From: Squalus acanthias
Taxonomy: Eukaryota
Direction of reading: 5' to 3'
Assembly: GCA_030390025.1 (NCBI GenBank)
Contig: JASTWF010000327.1
Coordinates: 434,001-498,000, forward strand
Length of the DNA: 64,000 bases
Shown: piece after piece, positions 37,980 to 49,999 of the stretch
Position numbering within the stretch: position 1 is the stretch's first letter
Layout: every line of letters begins with the position of its first letter
Made by a program: the position numbers and the translations under genes
The notes under the pieces: model-generated
What the model saw: the letters and a program-made list of their open reading frames with translations, nothing else
Databases searched by the model: none
What the model was told of the DNA's origin: nothing

Positions 37980-39448
37980 ACATAGAGAAACATAGAAAAA
38001 TAGGAGCAGGAGTAGGCTATTCGGCACTTCGAGCCTGCTCCGCCATTCAATATGATCATGGCTGATCCTCTATCTCAATACCATATTACCGCTCTCTCCC
38101 CATACACCTTGATGCCTTTTGTGTCTAGAAATCTATCTATCTCCTTCTTAAATATATTCAGTGACTTGGTTTCCACAGCCTTCTGTGGTAGAGAATTCCA
38201 CAGGTTCACCACCCTCTGAGCGAAGAAATTTCACCGCATCTCAGTCCTAAATGTCCTATCCCATCTCCTGAGACTGTGACCCCTCGTTCTAGACCCCCCA
38301 GCCAGGGAAACATCCTCCCTGCATCCAGTCTGTCTAGCACTGTCAGAATTTTATACGTTTCAATGAGATCCCCTCTCATTCTTCTAAACTCTAGTGAATA
38401 CAGGCCTAATCTCTCCTCATACGATAGCCCTGCCATCCCAGGAATCAGTCTGGTGAACTTTCGCTGCACTCCCGCTATGGCAAATATATCCTTTCTTAGA
38501 TAAGGAGACCAAAACTGCACACAGTACTCCAGGTGTGGTCTCACCAAGGCCCTGTATAACTGTAGGAAGACATCCTTGCTCCTGTACTCAAATCCTCTTG
38601 CAATGAAGGCCAACATACCATTCGCCTTCCTAACTGCTTGCTGCACCTGCATGTTTGCTTTCAGTGACTGGTGTACAAGTACACCCATGTCCCTCTGTAC
38701 ATCAACATTTCCCAATCTATCACCATTTAAATAATACTCTGCCTTTCTGTTTTTCCTACCGAAGTGGATAACTTCACATTTAGCCACATTATACTGCATC
38801 TGCCATGTATTTGCCCACTCACTCAACTTGTCTAAATCGCCTTGAAGTCTCTTTGCATCCTCCTCACAACTCACAATCCCACCTCGTTTCGTGTTGTCAG
38901 CAAACTTGGAAATATTACATTTGGTTCCCTCATCCAAATCATTGATATATATTGTGAATAGCTGGGGCCCAAGCACTAGTCACCGCCTGCCACCCCGAAA
39001 AAGACCCATTTATTCCTACTCTCTGTTTCCTGTCTGTTAACCAATTTTCAATCCATGCCAGTATATTACCCCCAATCCCAGGTGCTTTAATTTTGCACAC
39101 TAACCTCTTATGTGGGACTTTATCAAAGGCCTTCTAAAAATCCAAATACACTACATCCACTGGTTCTCCCTTATCTATTCTACCAGTTACATCCTCAAAA
39201 AACTCCAGTAGGTTTGTCAAACACGATTTCCCTTTCATAAATCCATGTTGACTTTGTCTAATCCTGTTGATATTTTCTAATAATAATCCTTTATAATAGA
39301 CTCTAGCATTTTCCCTACTACTGATGTTAGGCTAACCAGTCTGTAGTTCCCTGTTTTCTCTCTCCCTCCTTTTTTAAACAGTGGGGTTACATTTGCCACC
39401 CTCCAATCTGCAGGAACTGTTCCATAATCTATAGAATTTTGGAAGATG
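37980..39448 (-). mobile_element. CR1 LINE fragment
   Basis: ORF 38206-38976 carries RT motifs; catagaaa tail at ~37980. Confidence 0.9.
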
Positions 39449-39449
39449 A

Positions 39450-40105
39450 CAGTGGGTAGCACTCTCGCCTCTGAGGCATAGGTTGTCAGTTCAAGTCCCA
39501 CTCCAGAGACTTGAGCACAGAAATCCAGGCTGACACTCCAGTGCAGTACTGAGGCACTGTCAGAGGTGGTGTCTTTCGGATGAGACATTAAACTGAGGCC
39601 CTGTCTGCTCTCTCAGGTGGATGTAAAAGATCCCATGGCACTATTTCGAGAAAGAAAGACTTGCATTTATACCGTGCTTTCATGACCACCAGACGTCCCA
39701 AAGCGCTTTACAGCCAATGAAGTACTTTTGAGGTGTAGTCACTGTTGTAATGTGGGAAAGAGCAGGGGATTATCCCCGGTGTCCAAGCCAATGTTTATCC
39801 CTCAATCAACATAACAAAAGGATAATAGCAAAATACTGTGGATGCTGGAAATCTGAAATAACAACAGAAAATGCTGGAAACACTCAGCAGGCCAGGCAGC
39901 ATCCGTGGAGAGAGAAACAGAGTTAACAAAAAGATTATCTGGTCATTATCAGATTGCTGTTTGTGGGAGCTTGCTGTGCGCTGATTGGCTGCCGCGTTTC
40001 TTACATTACAACAGTGACTACACTTCAAAAGTACTTAATTGGCTGTAAAGCGCTTTGGGACGTCCGGTGGTGGTGAAAGGCGCTATAGAAATGCAAATCT
40101 TTCTT
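39450..40105 (+). mobile_element. tRNA-derived SINE(s), paralog of 5840-6418
   Basis: agtgggtagcactctcgcctctgag...ttcaagtcccactccag head and L2-like tail. Confidence 0.7.
39820..39923 (-). mobile_element. Penelope 3'-repeat fragment inserted in the SINE
   Basis: TSD TAACAAAA (39812-39819 / 39924-39931); matches the sequence downstream of the hammerhead in other copies; empty site at ~6020. Confidence 0.75.
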
Positions 40106-41587
40106 GACTCTATTTTTTCTCCCCTTGTCCAGTCTCTTCCCACCTACATCCGCGACTCTTCCGATGCCCTCCGCCATTTTAACAGTTTCCAGTTTCCCGG
40201 CCCCAACCGTCTCCTCTTCACTATGGACGTACAATCCCTCTACACCTCCATTCCCCATCAGGATGGCCTGAGGGCGCTCCGCTTCTTCCTTGAACAGAGG
40301 CCCAACCAGTCCCCATCCACCACCACCCTCCTCCGCCTGGCTGAACTTGTTCTCACATTGAACAACTTCTCCTTTGACTCTACCCATTTCCTCCAAATTA
40401 AAGGTGTTGCTATGGGTACCCGCATGGGTCCTAGCTATGCCTGCCTTTTCGTGGGATATGTGGAACACTCTTTGTTCCAGTCCTACTCGGGTCCCCTCCC
40501 TCACCTCTTTTTCCGGTACATTGATGACTGTATCGGTGCCGTCTCCTGCTCTCGCCCTGAACTAGAACATTTCATTCACTATGCTTCCAATTTCCACCCT
40601 TCCCTCACCTTCACATGGTCCATCTCCGACTCTTCTCTTCCCTTCCTCGACTTCTCCATCTCCATCTCTGGGGATAGGTTATTGACTAACATTCACTACA
40701 AGCCCACCGACTCCCACAGCTACCTGGACTACACTTCCTCCCACCCCGCCTCCTGTAAGGACTCTATTCCATTCTCCCAGTTTCTCCGTCTCCGCCGCAT
40801 CTGCTCTGATGATGCCACCTTCCATACCAGTGCTTCCGACATGTCTTCCTTTTTCCTCAACCGAGGATTCCCCTCTACCGTGGTCGACACGGCCCTCGAC
40901 CGTGTCCGTTCTATCTCCCGCACATCTGCCCTCACCCCTGCCCCTCCCTCCCGGAACCACGATAGGGTTCCCCTTGTCCTCACCTTTCACCCCACCAGCC
41001 TCCACATTCAACGGATCATCCTCCGCCATTTCCGCCACCTCCAGCGTGATCCCACCACCAAACACATCTTCCCCTCACCTCCCCTTTCAGCATTCCGCAG
41101 GGACCGCTCCCTCCGCGACACCCTAGTCCACTCCTCTACCACCCCCAGCACCCCTTCCCCTTCGCCCGGCACCTTCCCGTGCACGCGCAGGAGATGCAAC
41201 ACATGCCCTTATACCTCCCCTCTTCCCACTGTCCAGGGCCCCAAACACCCCTTCCAGGTGAAACAGCGATTTACTTGTACTTCCTGCAATTTAGTATACT
41301 GTATTCGCTGCTCACGATGTGGACTCCTCTACATTGGGGAGACCAAACGCAGATTGGGTGACCGCTTTGCGGAACACCTCCGTTCAGTCCGTAAGGGGGA
41401 CCCCGAGCTCCCGGTGGCCTGTCACTTTAATTCACCGCTTCACTCCCACTCTGACCTCACCGTCCTCGGCCTAATACACTGTTCCACGGAAGCTCAGCGT
41501 AAGCTCGAGGAACAGCACCTCATCTTTCGTTTAGGCACGCTACAGCCCTCTGGACTCAATATCGAGTTCAACAATTTTAGATCATAA
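40106..41587 (+). CDS. Penelope RT-GIY-YIG endonuclease ORF (N-terminally truncated, otherwise uninterrupted)
   Basis: MDVQSLYT, GVAMGT, FRYIDD, LPFLD, YKPT; LVYCIRC...LYIGET...RFAEH...EQHLI...GLN. Confidence 0.92.
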   Translation, partial: DSIFSPLVQSLPTYIRDSSDALRHFNSFQFPGPNRLLFTMDVQSLYTSIPHQDGLRALRFFLEQRPNQSPSTTTLLRLAELVLTLNNFSFDSTHFLQIKGVAMGTRMGPSYACLFVGYVEHSLFQSYSGPLPHLFFRYIDDCIGAVSCSRPELEHFIHYASNFHPSLTFTWSISDSSLPFLDFSISISGDRLLTNIHYKPTDSHSYLDYTSSHPASCKDSIPFSQFLRLRRICSDDATFHTSASDMSSFFLNRGFPSTVVDTALDRVRSISRTSALTPAPPSRNHDRVPLVLTFHPTSLHIQRIILRHFRHLQRDPTTKHIFPSPPLSAFRRDRSLRDTLVHSSTTPSTPSPSPGTFPCTRRRCNTCPYTSPLPTVQGPKHPFQVKQRFTCTSCNLVYCIRCSRCGLLYIGETKRRLGDRFAEHLRSVRKGDPELPVACHFNSPLHSHSDLTVLGLIHCSTEAQRKLEEQHLIFRLGTLQPSGLNIEFNNFRS

Positions 41588-41853
41588 CCTCAGCTCCAAT
41601 CACATTTATATTTTATTTTATCCACCCTTTTATTTGTCCCCCCCACCTTTTTTTTCCTCCTAGAAGCTGGCAGCTGTCCTTCATTCTGCCAGTAGATTTC
41701 ACACTTCATTCAGCCTTAATCTGTCACATTAACACCACCTCTAGCCTTGCATATCTCTTAATGTCTCTTCATCTCCTCTTTTGTTCCTTTATCCCCTCCC
41801 CCTTTTCCCAGCTTTACCCTGGCCTTAAATCTATTTGATTTCCAGCTCTTCCC

Positions 41854-41890
41854 AGTTCTGATGAAAGGTCATCGACCTGAAACGTCAACT
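41854..41890 (+). ncRNA. Minimal type I hammerhead ribozyme with canonical GUC site
   Basis: Reads agtt-CTGATGA-a-AGGTC-atc-GACCT-GAAA-C-GTC-aact. Confidence 0.8.
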
Positions 41891-42730
41891 CTAAAGGTTA
41901 GTATGCAGGTGCAGCAAGTGATTAAGAAGGCAAATGGAATGTTGGCTTTCATTGCTAGGGGGATAGAATATAAAAATAGGGAGGTATTGCTTCAGTTGTA
42001 CAAGGTATTGGTGAGACCGCACCTGGAATACTGCATACAGTTTTGGTGTCCTTACTTAAGGAAAGACATCCTTGCTCTCGAGGCAGTGCAAAAAAGGTTC
42101 ACTCGGTTAATCCCGGAGATGAGGGGGTGGTCATATGAGGAGAGGTTGGGTAGATTGGGACTCTACTCATTGGAGTTCAGAAGAATGAGAGGCGATCTTA
42201 TTGAAACATATAAGATTGTGAAGGGGTTGGATCGGGTGGATGCGGGGAGGATGTTCCCGATGACGGGTGAGACGAGAACTAGGGGACATAGTCTTAGAAT
42301 AAGGGGCTGCTCTTTCAAAACTGAGATGAGGAGGAACTACTTCACTCAGAGGGTGGTAGGTCCATGGAATATGCTGCCACAAAAAGCTGTAGAAGCTACA
42401 ACATTAATTAAATTTAAAACAGAAATAGACAGTTTCCTAGAAGTAAAGGGCATTAAGGGTTACGGGGAGCGGGCAGGAATTTGGACATGAGTCTAGGTTC
42501 GGATCGGTCATGGCCCTGTGGGTAGTGGAGCGGGCCCAGGGACTGTGTAGCCTGATTCTGCTCCTATTTCGTGTGTGCAATTCTGTTAGATGCAGGAGAT
42601 GTTTCTGTGATAGATAGTAGATTGGCGGTTAGGATCAGATCAGCCATGATCTTATTGAATGGCGGAGCAGGCTCGATGGGCCGATTGGCCTACTCCTGCT
42701 CCTATTTCTTATGTTCTTATGTTCTTATGT
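41891..42730 (+). mobile_element. CR1 3' fragment nested in the Penelope element
   Basis: KANGMLAFI...RPHLEYC ORF to 42490; (TTCTTATG)n tail. Confidence 0.9.
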
Positions 42731-42809
42731 TCTCTCCACGGATGCTGCCTGGCCTGCTGAGTTTTTCCAGCGTTTTCTGTTGTTATTGCAAATCTTTCTT
42801 TCTTCACTG

Positions 42810-43450
42810 GTCTCACCAGCAGCCGCTTCTGGCTGACGTTTGATTGACAGCCGAGAGTCCGCGCATGCGCACCCGGGTCGGCGGTTTGGGCCGAGTCCCG
42901 GCACAGCGACCCCTCCCGGTCACCAAGGGTAATAACCGCGCATGCCCAGAGGACACCAATCCCCCTCCCCCACTCGGAACTGCGCATGCGCATTCGGGTC
43001 CTGTCGGACGGAGTCGGCGCGGGGCATTCCGGGGAAAGGCCTTGGTGTCGGTTACAGGGTCGCGATCGGTGACGCAAAGTGAGTTTTCTCCGCTCCGATT
43101 GGGTGGTGAATCGCGCGGGGTGGGTGGGGGGAGGGGTGGATCGGGAGAGAATAAAGAGAAATAGAAAAACCTCAGAGTCCGCGAGGCCCCGGACCGAGCG
43201 GAGTCATTTGGACGGAGCACGTGATCTCCTCGGCGACACGTGACCCGGGCCCGCGGCCTGATTGACGTGAGCTTCCAACCAATAGGGAGCGAGCGGGGCG
43301 GGGCTGGAGGAGCGAGCCGGCGGCGGGTCCTCCAACCAATCGGGGAGCCCGAGGGGCGGGACTAGCGCCGGCTGATTGTCTGATCCGCGGGGCAGCGAGT
43401 TTCTCCAGTCCCTTGTTCAGGGCCCGGGGCCAGGGGAGGCTGTGGGCCTT
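42810..43450. promoter_or_regulatory. CpG-island promoter, inverted duplicate of 5200-5835
   Basis: Near-identical reverse complement of 5200-5835; the translated ORFs match. Confidence 0.7.
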
Positions 43451-43589
43451 TATTCCCCTTATTGGACACAAGGCGCTTTGTCTCACAACACACTGGCTCA
43501 GATTTTAATAGAGACTTTTTAAATTCATGAATAAAAGCAGATAAACCCCGTGCTTCTGTGGCACAAACTTTCTAATATTTTACAGAATT

Positions 43590-45875
43590 ATAGAATGGTT
43601 ACAGCACAGAAGGAGGCCATTCAGCCCGTCGAGCCCGTGCCGACTCTCTGCAAGAGCACTTCAGCTAGTCCCACTCCCCTGCCCTTTCCCCGTAGCCCTG
43701 CAAATTTCTTTCCTTCAGGTACTTATCCAATTCCCTTTTGAAAGCTGTGATTGAATCTGCCTCCACCACCCTTTCAGGCAGTGCATTCCAGATCCTAACC
43801 ACTCGCTGCGTAAAAAAGTTTCCCCTCACGTCACTAATCTAGTCTCATACTCTCTCTTTGCCCCTCTTATTCCCTTTTAAATCTCCTCTGTACATTCTAT
43901 ATTCAGCTTGGTTCTCTACTGTATTCTGTCATAAGCTTCATTTTCTGTCTCGTTTTAACCTCTCTATATCTTTTGTCATCGAGAGAGCTCTAGCTTTGGA
44001 TGCACCTCCTTTCCCCCTTGTGGGAATGTGTTTACTCTGTACTCGAACTCCTGGTTGAAGGCCTCCCATTGTTCAATTACTGTTTTGCCTACCAATTTTT
44101 GATTCCAATCCACCTGGGCCAGATCCCTTTTTAACTCCTTTAAGTTAGCCCTCCCCCAGTTAAGTATTTTTATGCTTGATTGTTCCTTGTTCTTTTCTGT
44201 AACTATTCTAAACCTGATGACATTATGATCAGTGTTCCTCAAATGCTCCCGCACTGAAACATGCTCCACTTGCCCCATTTCATTCCCCAGAACTAGATCC
44301 AGCACTGCTTCTTTCCTCGTTGGGCTGGAAACAGTGTTTAAGAAAGTTCTCTTGTACACATTTCAGGAATTTCTCCCCCTCTATGTCCTTTACACTGTTA
44401 CTATCGCAGTCTATATTAGGATAATTGAAGTCTTCCATTATCACTACACCGTAGTTCCTGTATCTTTCTGTAATTTGTCTGCAAACTTGCTTCTCTCTCT
44501 CCTTCCCATTGTTTGGCGACCTATAGTATACACCCAGTAGCGTAATAGCTCCTCTATTGTTCCTTAAATCGAACCAAATAGATTCTGTTTTTGACCTCTC
44601 ACATAGAATCATAGAATGGTTACAGCACAGAAGGAGGCCATTTGGCCCGTCGAGCCCATGCTGGCTCTGTGCAAGTGTACTTCAGTTAATCCCACTCCCC
44701 CGCCCTTTCCCCGTAGCCCTGGAAAAAAAATTCCTTCAGGTACTTATCTAATTCCCTTTTGAAAGCCACGATTGAATCTGCCTCCACCACCCTTTCAGGC
44801 AGTGCATTCCAGATCATAACTACTCGCTGTATAAAAAGGTTTTTCCTCATGTTGCCTTTGGTTCTTCTGCCAATTACCTTAAATCTGTGTCCTCTGGTTC
44901 TCGACCTTTCCGCCAATGGGAACAGTTTCTCTCTATCTACTCTGTCCAGACCCCTCGTGATTTTGAACACCTCGATCAAATCTCCTCTCAACCTTCTCTG
45001 TTCTAAGGAGAACAACCCCAGCTTCTCGAGCTTATCCACGTAACTGAAGTCCCTCATCCCTGGAATCATTCTTGTAAATCTTTTCTGCACCATCTCCAAG
45101 GCCTTCACATCCTTCCTAAAGTACAGTGTCCAGAATTGGGCTCAATACTCCAGTTGAGGCAGAACCAGTGTTTTATAAAGGTTCATCATAACTTCCTTGC
45201 TTTTGGACTCTATGCCACTATTTATGAAACCCAGGAACCTGTATGCTTTTTTAACTGCTTTCTCAACCTGCCCTGCCACCTTAATGATTTGTGCACATAT
45301 ACCCCCAGGTCTCTCTGTTCATGCACCCCCTTTAGAATTGTACCCTTTAGTTTATATTGCCTTTCCTCATTCTTTCTACCAAAATGTATTAATTCGCATC
45401 TTTCTGCATTAAATTTCATCTGCCATGTGTCCGCCCATTCCACCAGCCTGTCTATGTCCTCTTGAAGTCTATCACTATCCTCCTCACTGTTACCTATACT
45501 TCCAACTTTTGTGTCATCTGCAAGTTTTGAAATTGTGCCCTGTACAGCCAAGTGCAAGTCATTAATATATATCAGGAAAAGCAGTGGTCCTAGTCCCTCT
45601 CCAGTGCTATAATAGTTTATTTGATCAATACTGCACATCTCCTTTTTTCCTTTCCTATCTTTCCTGAATACCTTGTAGCCAGGAATATCGAGTTCCCAAT
45701 CCTCCCCTTGTTTGAGCCAGCTCTCTGTTATTGCCACTATATCATAGTCCCATGTGGGTACTTGTGCCTGCAGTTCACCAATGTTATGTACCACGCTCGG
45801 TGCATTTACACACATGCACTCCAACTCCATCGTAGAATGCCTCAAACCTGTCTGATCCCTCCTATGTCTGAATAT
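43590..45875 (-). mobile_element. Nested CR1 fragments (endonuclease region plus RT/3' ends)
   Basis: EN motifs (ITESW, YYRSPN, DFNYP, LDLVL, DHN) and RT C-terminal ORF 44686-45108. Confidence 0.85.
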
Positions 45876-45949
45876 TAAAAATTCTTTATATAGTGATTTT
45901 GTTTATTCTCCTCCGGTCCCAACTTCAATGGGATGACAAAAGATCTGTC

Positions 45950-46380
45950 CACCAATTGGGGGTGTAAATGGTGGTAAATTAACCCAGAATCCTCCGCGAG
46001 GTGTAAAGTGCCCCATCAGTGACGACAGGATCCCAGTGCGCCGGCGCAGTAACTGGGTGTGCTCTGAGCATGCGCAGTGCGTGTGGTGCTGTTGGCTTGA
46101 GCGGAACAGGCGGGACAGCGGCCGGGAGGCGGGAGGAGATTGTGGTCGCAGGGGATGGATTGGACCAGCGCGTGAGTTTAAAAGCTTTATAAACACCTGG
46201 TGTAGGCCTGAGGCCCCGAATAAGAGCCACAAGCCCCGTGTTTTCCCCGGTTACAGGCCCGGTCCGTGACCGCCCGGGTGATCCGGGTCACTGGCTGCCA
46301 TCTTGGACAGGCGGGTCTCACGGCACATGCGCGGTACATTAGCCAGGAACAAAGAGTGGGCGGGGCTTCAGGGTCTCTGT
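45950..46380 (+). promoter_or_regulatory. CpG-island promoter of ZNF gene F
   Basis: CCAAT, GCATGCGC, YY1-like GCCATCTTG (~46297) and a GC box; paralog of 21180-21610. Confidence 0.6.
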
Positions 46381-46524
46381 CAGTTTGATTGGACCACATG
46401 TTTCTCCCATATTAGTGGCCCCTGAAAGGGAGCCTTGTTGGGCTGATTCTTGTTTGGTGACCCTGGGGCAACCCAGTCTCACCCTATTGGTCCATCCAAA
46501 AAGGCCCAGTGACCAGGAGAGACA

Positions 46525-46674
46525 CAACACCAGGTTATAGTCCAACAGATTTACCTGAAGAAGGGGCGATAGCTCCGAAAGCTTGTAATTTTAAATAAAT
46601 CTGTTGGACTATAACCTGGTGTTGTGCGACTTCTCATTTTTGTCCACCCCAGTCCAACGCCGGCATCTCCGCAT
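46525..46674 (+). mobile_element. 150-bp Penelope-derived hairpin element with a hammerhead ribozyme
   Basis: 11-bp TSD CAGGAGAGACA (46514-46524 / 46675-46685); 31-bp inverted repeat 46523-46553 / 46596-46626; empty site at ~21170-21190. Confidence 0.85.
46551..46588 (+). ncRNA. Minimal type I hammerhead ribozyme
   Basis: Reads ttac-CTGAAGA-a-GGGGC-gata-GCTCC-GAAA-GCTT-gtaa. Confidence 0.65.
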
Positions 46675-47446
46675 CAGGAGAGACAATCATTGACTCATTG
46701 ATTTTATTCTCACTCTGCACACAGCGGGTGTAGAACTGAACCCAACCAGAGTAGAGGGAGGGGGAAAACTGGGAGTGGAGGAAAGAAATGTTGGAGATGG
46801 TGCGATGGGTTTGGATTTCAGCACAGGGAGGAGGGAGAGTGTGTGGGACGGGGATTTACAGCTTTGGAGGAACAAGAGAGGAAAGAATGTTCCACAGAAA
46901 CTAGAATTGTCTGTTCTGAATTTCTAGCCTGTACTTAGTGATGATTTTGTAAATTCCTTTTACAGGGTATTAGAAGGGGAAAATATGCAAACAGGAAACT
47001 CAAACCAAACATCATGTGAAGAGCTGACAGATTCACTCGATTGATCAGGACCTGAATATCATCGCGCTTTGAATGTGGAAGGAGAAATGTTTGCTCTGTC
47101 TGTGGGAAAAGATTTCAAACATCAGTGTGACTGGAAAAGCACCGAGACACACACACCCGAGTGAGAGTGTTCCAGTGCACTGACTGTGGAAAGAGCTTTA
47201 ACCAGTTACACAGCCTGAAAAAACATCGCACCATTCACAGCGGGGAGAAACCGTACACGTGTTCTGTGTGTGGACAAGGCTTCAACTGATCGTCCAACCT
47301 GGAGAGACACAAGGACACCCGCACCACGGAGAAACTATGGAAATGTGGGGACTGTGGGAAGGGATTCAGTTAACAGTCCCAGCTGGAGACCGGGGATAGG
47401 CTGTTCACCTGCTCTCTCTCGGAAGGGATTCACTCAATTGTCTAGC

Positions 47447-49294
47447 ATGCTGACACGCCAGCGAGCTCGCAATAGGGAGAGGCCGTTCTCCTGCTCTGTG
47501 TGTGGGAAGGGATTCACTTGTTCATCCCACCTCACTGCACACCAACTTGATCATGCTGATGAGAGACCTTTTAAATGCTCTGACTGTGGGAACAGCTTTA
47601 AAACCTCTGAGGAGCTGATTGAACACCAGCGAGTTCACACTGACGAGAGACCGTTCTGTTGCTCTCACTGCGGGAAGAGGTTCCAGCAGTCATTCCGTCT
47701 GGCTGAACACCAGCTCCTTCACACTCATGAGAGTCCATTCAGTTGCTCTCACTGTGGGGAGAGGTTCACCCAGTCATTGCAACTCGCTGAACACCAGCAA
47801 GTTCACATCAAGGAGAGACCGTTCAACTGCTTCGTGTGTGGGAAGGGATTCACTCGTTTAGCCCAACTTATGTCACATGAGGACATTCACACGAGGGAAT
47901 GGCCATTCTACTGCTCCGTGTGTGGGAAGGGATTCACTCGTTTCGTCCGCCTTTTGACACACAAGCGAGTTCACACAGGGGCGAGGCCGTTCCCATGTTC
48001 AGTGTGTGGGAAGAGATTTACTTGTTCAAGCCACCTTTTGGAGCACAAGCGAATTCACACCGGGGAGAGGCCGTTCACCTGTTCCGTCTGTGGGAAGAGT
48101 TTCCCTTGTTCATCCCACCTCTTGATACACCAGCGAGTTCACACTGGGGAGAGGCCATTTACCTGCTCCGTGTGTGGGAAGAGATTCATTGAATCATCCC
48201 ACCTACTGAGACACCAGCGTGTTCACTCTGGGGAGAGACCATTCACCTGCTCCGTGTGTGGGAAGGGATTCAGTCTGTCATCCAGCCACCAGAGACACCA
48301 ACTCACTCACACTGGTGAGAGGCCGTTCACCTGCTCCGTGTGTGGGAAGGGATTCACTTGTTCATCCCACCTACTGACCCACCAGCGAGTTCACACTGGT
48401 GAGAAGCCGTTCACCTGCTCCGTGTGTGGGAAGAGATTCGCTCAGTCATCAACCCTGCTGAGACACCAGCAAGTTCACTCTGATAAGAGACCTTTGAAAT
48501 GTTCTGACTGTGAGAAGACCTTTAAAAGCAGCAGAGATCTGCTGAGACACCAACGCACTCACACCGGGGAGAATCCGTTCACCTGCTCCGTGTGTCAGAA
48601 GGGATTCACTGATTCATCCCATCTAAAGATACACCAGCGAGTTCACACTGGGGAGAGGCCGTTCACCTGCTCCGTGTGTGGGAAGGGATTCACTGATTCA
48701 TCCCACCTCTTGATACACCAGCGAGTTCACACTGAGGAGAGGCCGTTCACCTGCTCCGTGTGTGGGAAGAGATTCGCTCAGTCATCAACCCTGCTGAGAC
48801 ACCAGCAAGTTCACTCTGATAAGAGACTTTTTAAATGTTCTGACTGTGAGAAGACCTTTAAAAGCAGCAGAGATCTGCTGAGACACCAACGCACTCACAC
48901 CGGGGAGAATCCGTTCACCTGCTCCGTGTGTCAGAAGGGATTCACTGATTCATCCCACCTAAAGATACACCAGCGAGTTCACACTGGGGAGAGGCCGTTC
49001 ACCTGCTCCGTGTGTGGGAAGGGATTCACTGATTCATCCCACCAACGGAGCCACCAGCGCACTCACACTGGGGAGAGGCCGTTCACCTGCTCCGTGTGTC
49101 GGAAGAGATTCAGTGAATCATCCCACCTAAAGATACACCAGCGAGTTCACACTGGGGAGAGGCCGTTCACCTGCTCCGTGTGTGGGAAGGGATTCATTCA
49201 GGCATCCAACCTGCGGACACACCAGCGAGTTCACACGTTACTGCTGAAATTGGATTCTGCTGTTATTGCTGCTGATAATCACATCCAGGACTGA
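47447..49294 (+). CDS. C2H2 zinc-finger gene F (21 fingers, ~615 aa from ATG at 47447)
   Basis: Long uninterrupted finger array; acceptor ttttacag near 46964; the upstream leader fingers are disrupted. Confidence 0.9.
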   Translation: MLTRQRARNRERPFSCSVCGKGFTCSSHLTAHQLDHADERPFKCSDCGNSFKTSEELIEHQRVHTDERPFCCSHCGKRFQQSFRLAEHQLLHTHESPFSCSHCGERFTQSLQLAEHQQVHIKERPFNCFVCGKGFTRLAQLMSHEDIHTREWPFYCSVCGKGFTRFVRLLTHKRVHTGARPFPCSVCGKRFTCSSHLLEHKRIHTGERPFTCSVCGKSFPCSSHLLIHQRVHTGERPFTCSVCGKRFIESSHLLRHQRVHSGERPFTCSVCGKGFSLSSSHQRHQLTHTGERPFTCSVCGKGFTCSSHLLTHQRVHTGEKPFTCSVCGKRFAQSSTLLRHQQVHSDKRPLKCSDCEKTFKSSRDLLRHQRTHTGENPFTCSVCQKGFTDSSHLKIHQRVHTGERPFTCSVCGKGFTDSSHLLIHQRVHTEERPFTCSVCGKRFAQSSTLLRHQQVHSDKRLFKCSDCEKTFKSSRDLLRHQRTHTGENPFTCSVCQKGFTDSSHLKIHQRVHTGERPFTCSVCGKGFTDSSHQRSHQRTHTGERPFTCSVCRKRFSESSHLKIHQRVHTGERPFTCSVCGKGFIQASNLRTHQRVHTLLLKLDSAVIAADNHIQD

Positions 49295-49999
49295 ACCATG
49301 TTCATTCTGACAGTTGGGGTTTGTTTCTGTTGATGTTAATGACCCTATAACTGGGCTGGAGATTAAGATTCTGGATCAATGCCAAATAAATTGGCATTGT
49401 TTCAAACACACAGTGTGTCGAGTATTTGTTTCCTCCAAGATAAGAGATTAATTGATGTCTTGTTACAGACTGCTCCATTTTTGGGCCTTGCCTTTTCTCC
49501 TTTCTAACTCTAGATTATTTCAGTTCTCATACCTTCGGTTACTCTCATGGACAAGTCCAGCTCACCCCATACATTCCAGAGTGCCTCTCCTAGCCTTGGT
49601 ATCCAGGGAAGGTCTCGGTAACACGCCCGGGATCACTAAACACAAAACCCAGTCTGTTAATCACTGTCAGCTACTGGGCTTAGCGTTTGCCCCACAGCAT
49701 CTCTCTCACCTTCGACGTGTGAATAGAGCATCACGCCTGCAAACCTGGTTTTAAATTTGAATCCACTCAGCAAATGTATTGAACAAGAGATGAACAAGTA
49801 AACAGATCACGGCCCATCCTCCAGCTCTATATTGTAGGCCGATGAGACTCTGTTAAGGTGCCATGTGCTGCTGGACCGCTCTGCATTTTGCCTGTAATGG
49901 AAAATAACTGAAGATTTGTCCCAGTGTAACCTTTGCTGTCATGAAATGACTGTGTCTTTTAATGAGCCTCATGTACTTGCTCAAGTTGGCTGCAATTGT

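Larger units (their letters stand above)
40106..42786 (+). mobile_element. 5'-truncated Penelope-like retroelement, interrupted by a CR1 at ~41891-42730
   Basis: 14-bp TSD TGCAAATCTTTCTT (40092-40105 / 42787-42800); empty site in the paralog at ~5830-5865; RT plus GIY-YIG ORF; hammerhead in the 3' region. Confidence 0.92.

Noticed and set aside
40055..40105. N-terminus of the 510-aa ORF (MGRPVVVKGAIEMQIF)
   Set aside because: It derives from the SINE tail and TSD, fused in frame by chance to a 5'-truncated Penelope ORF.
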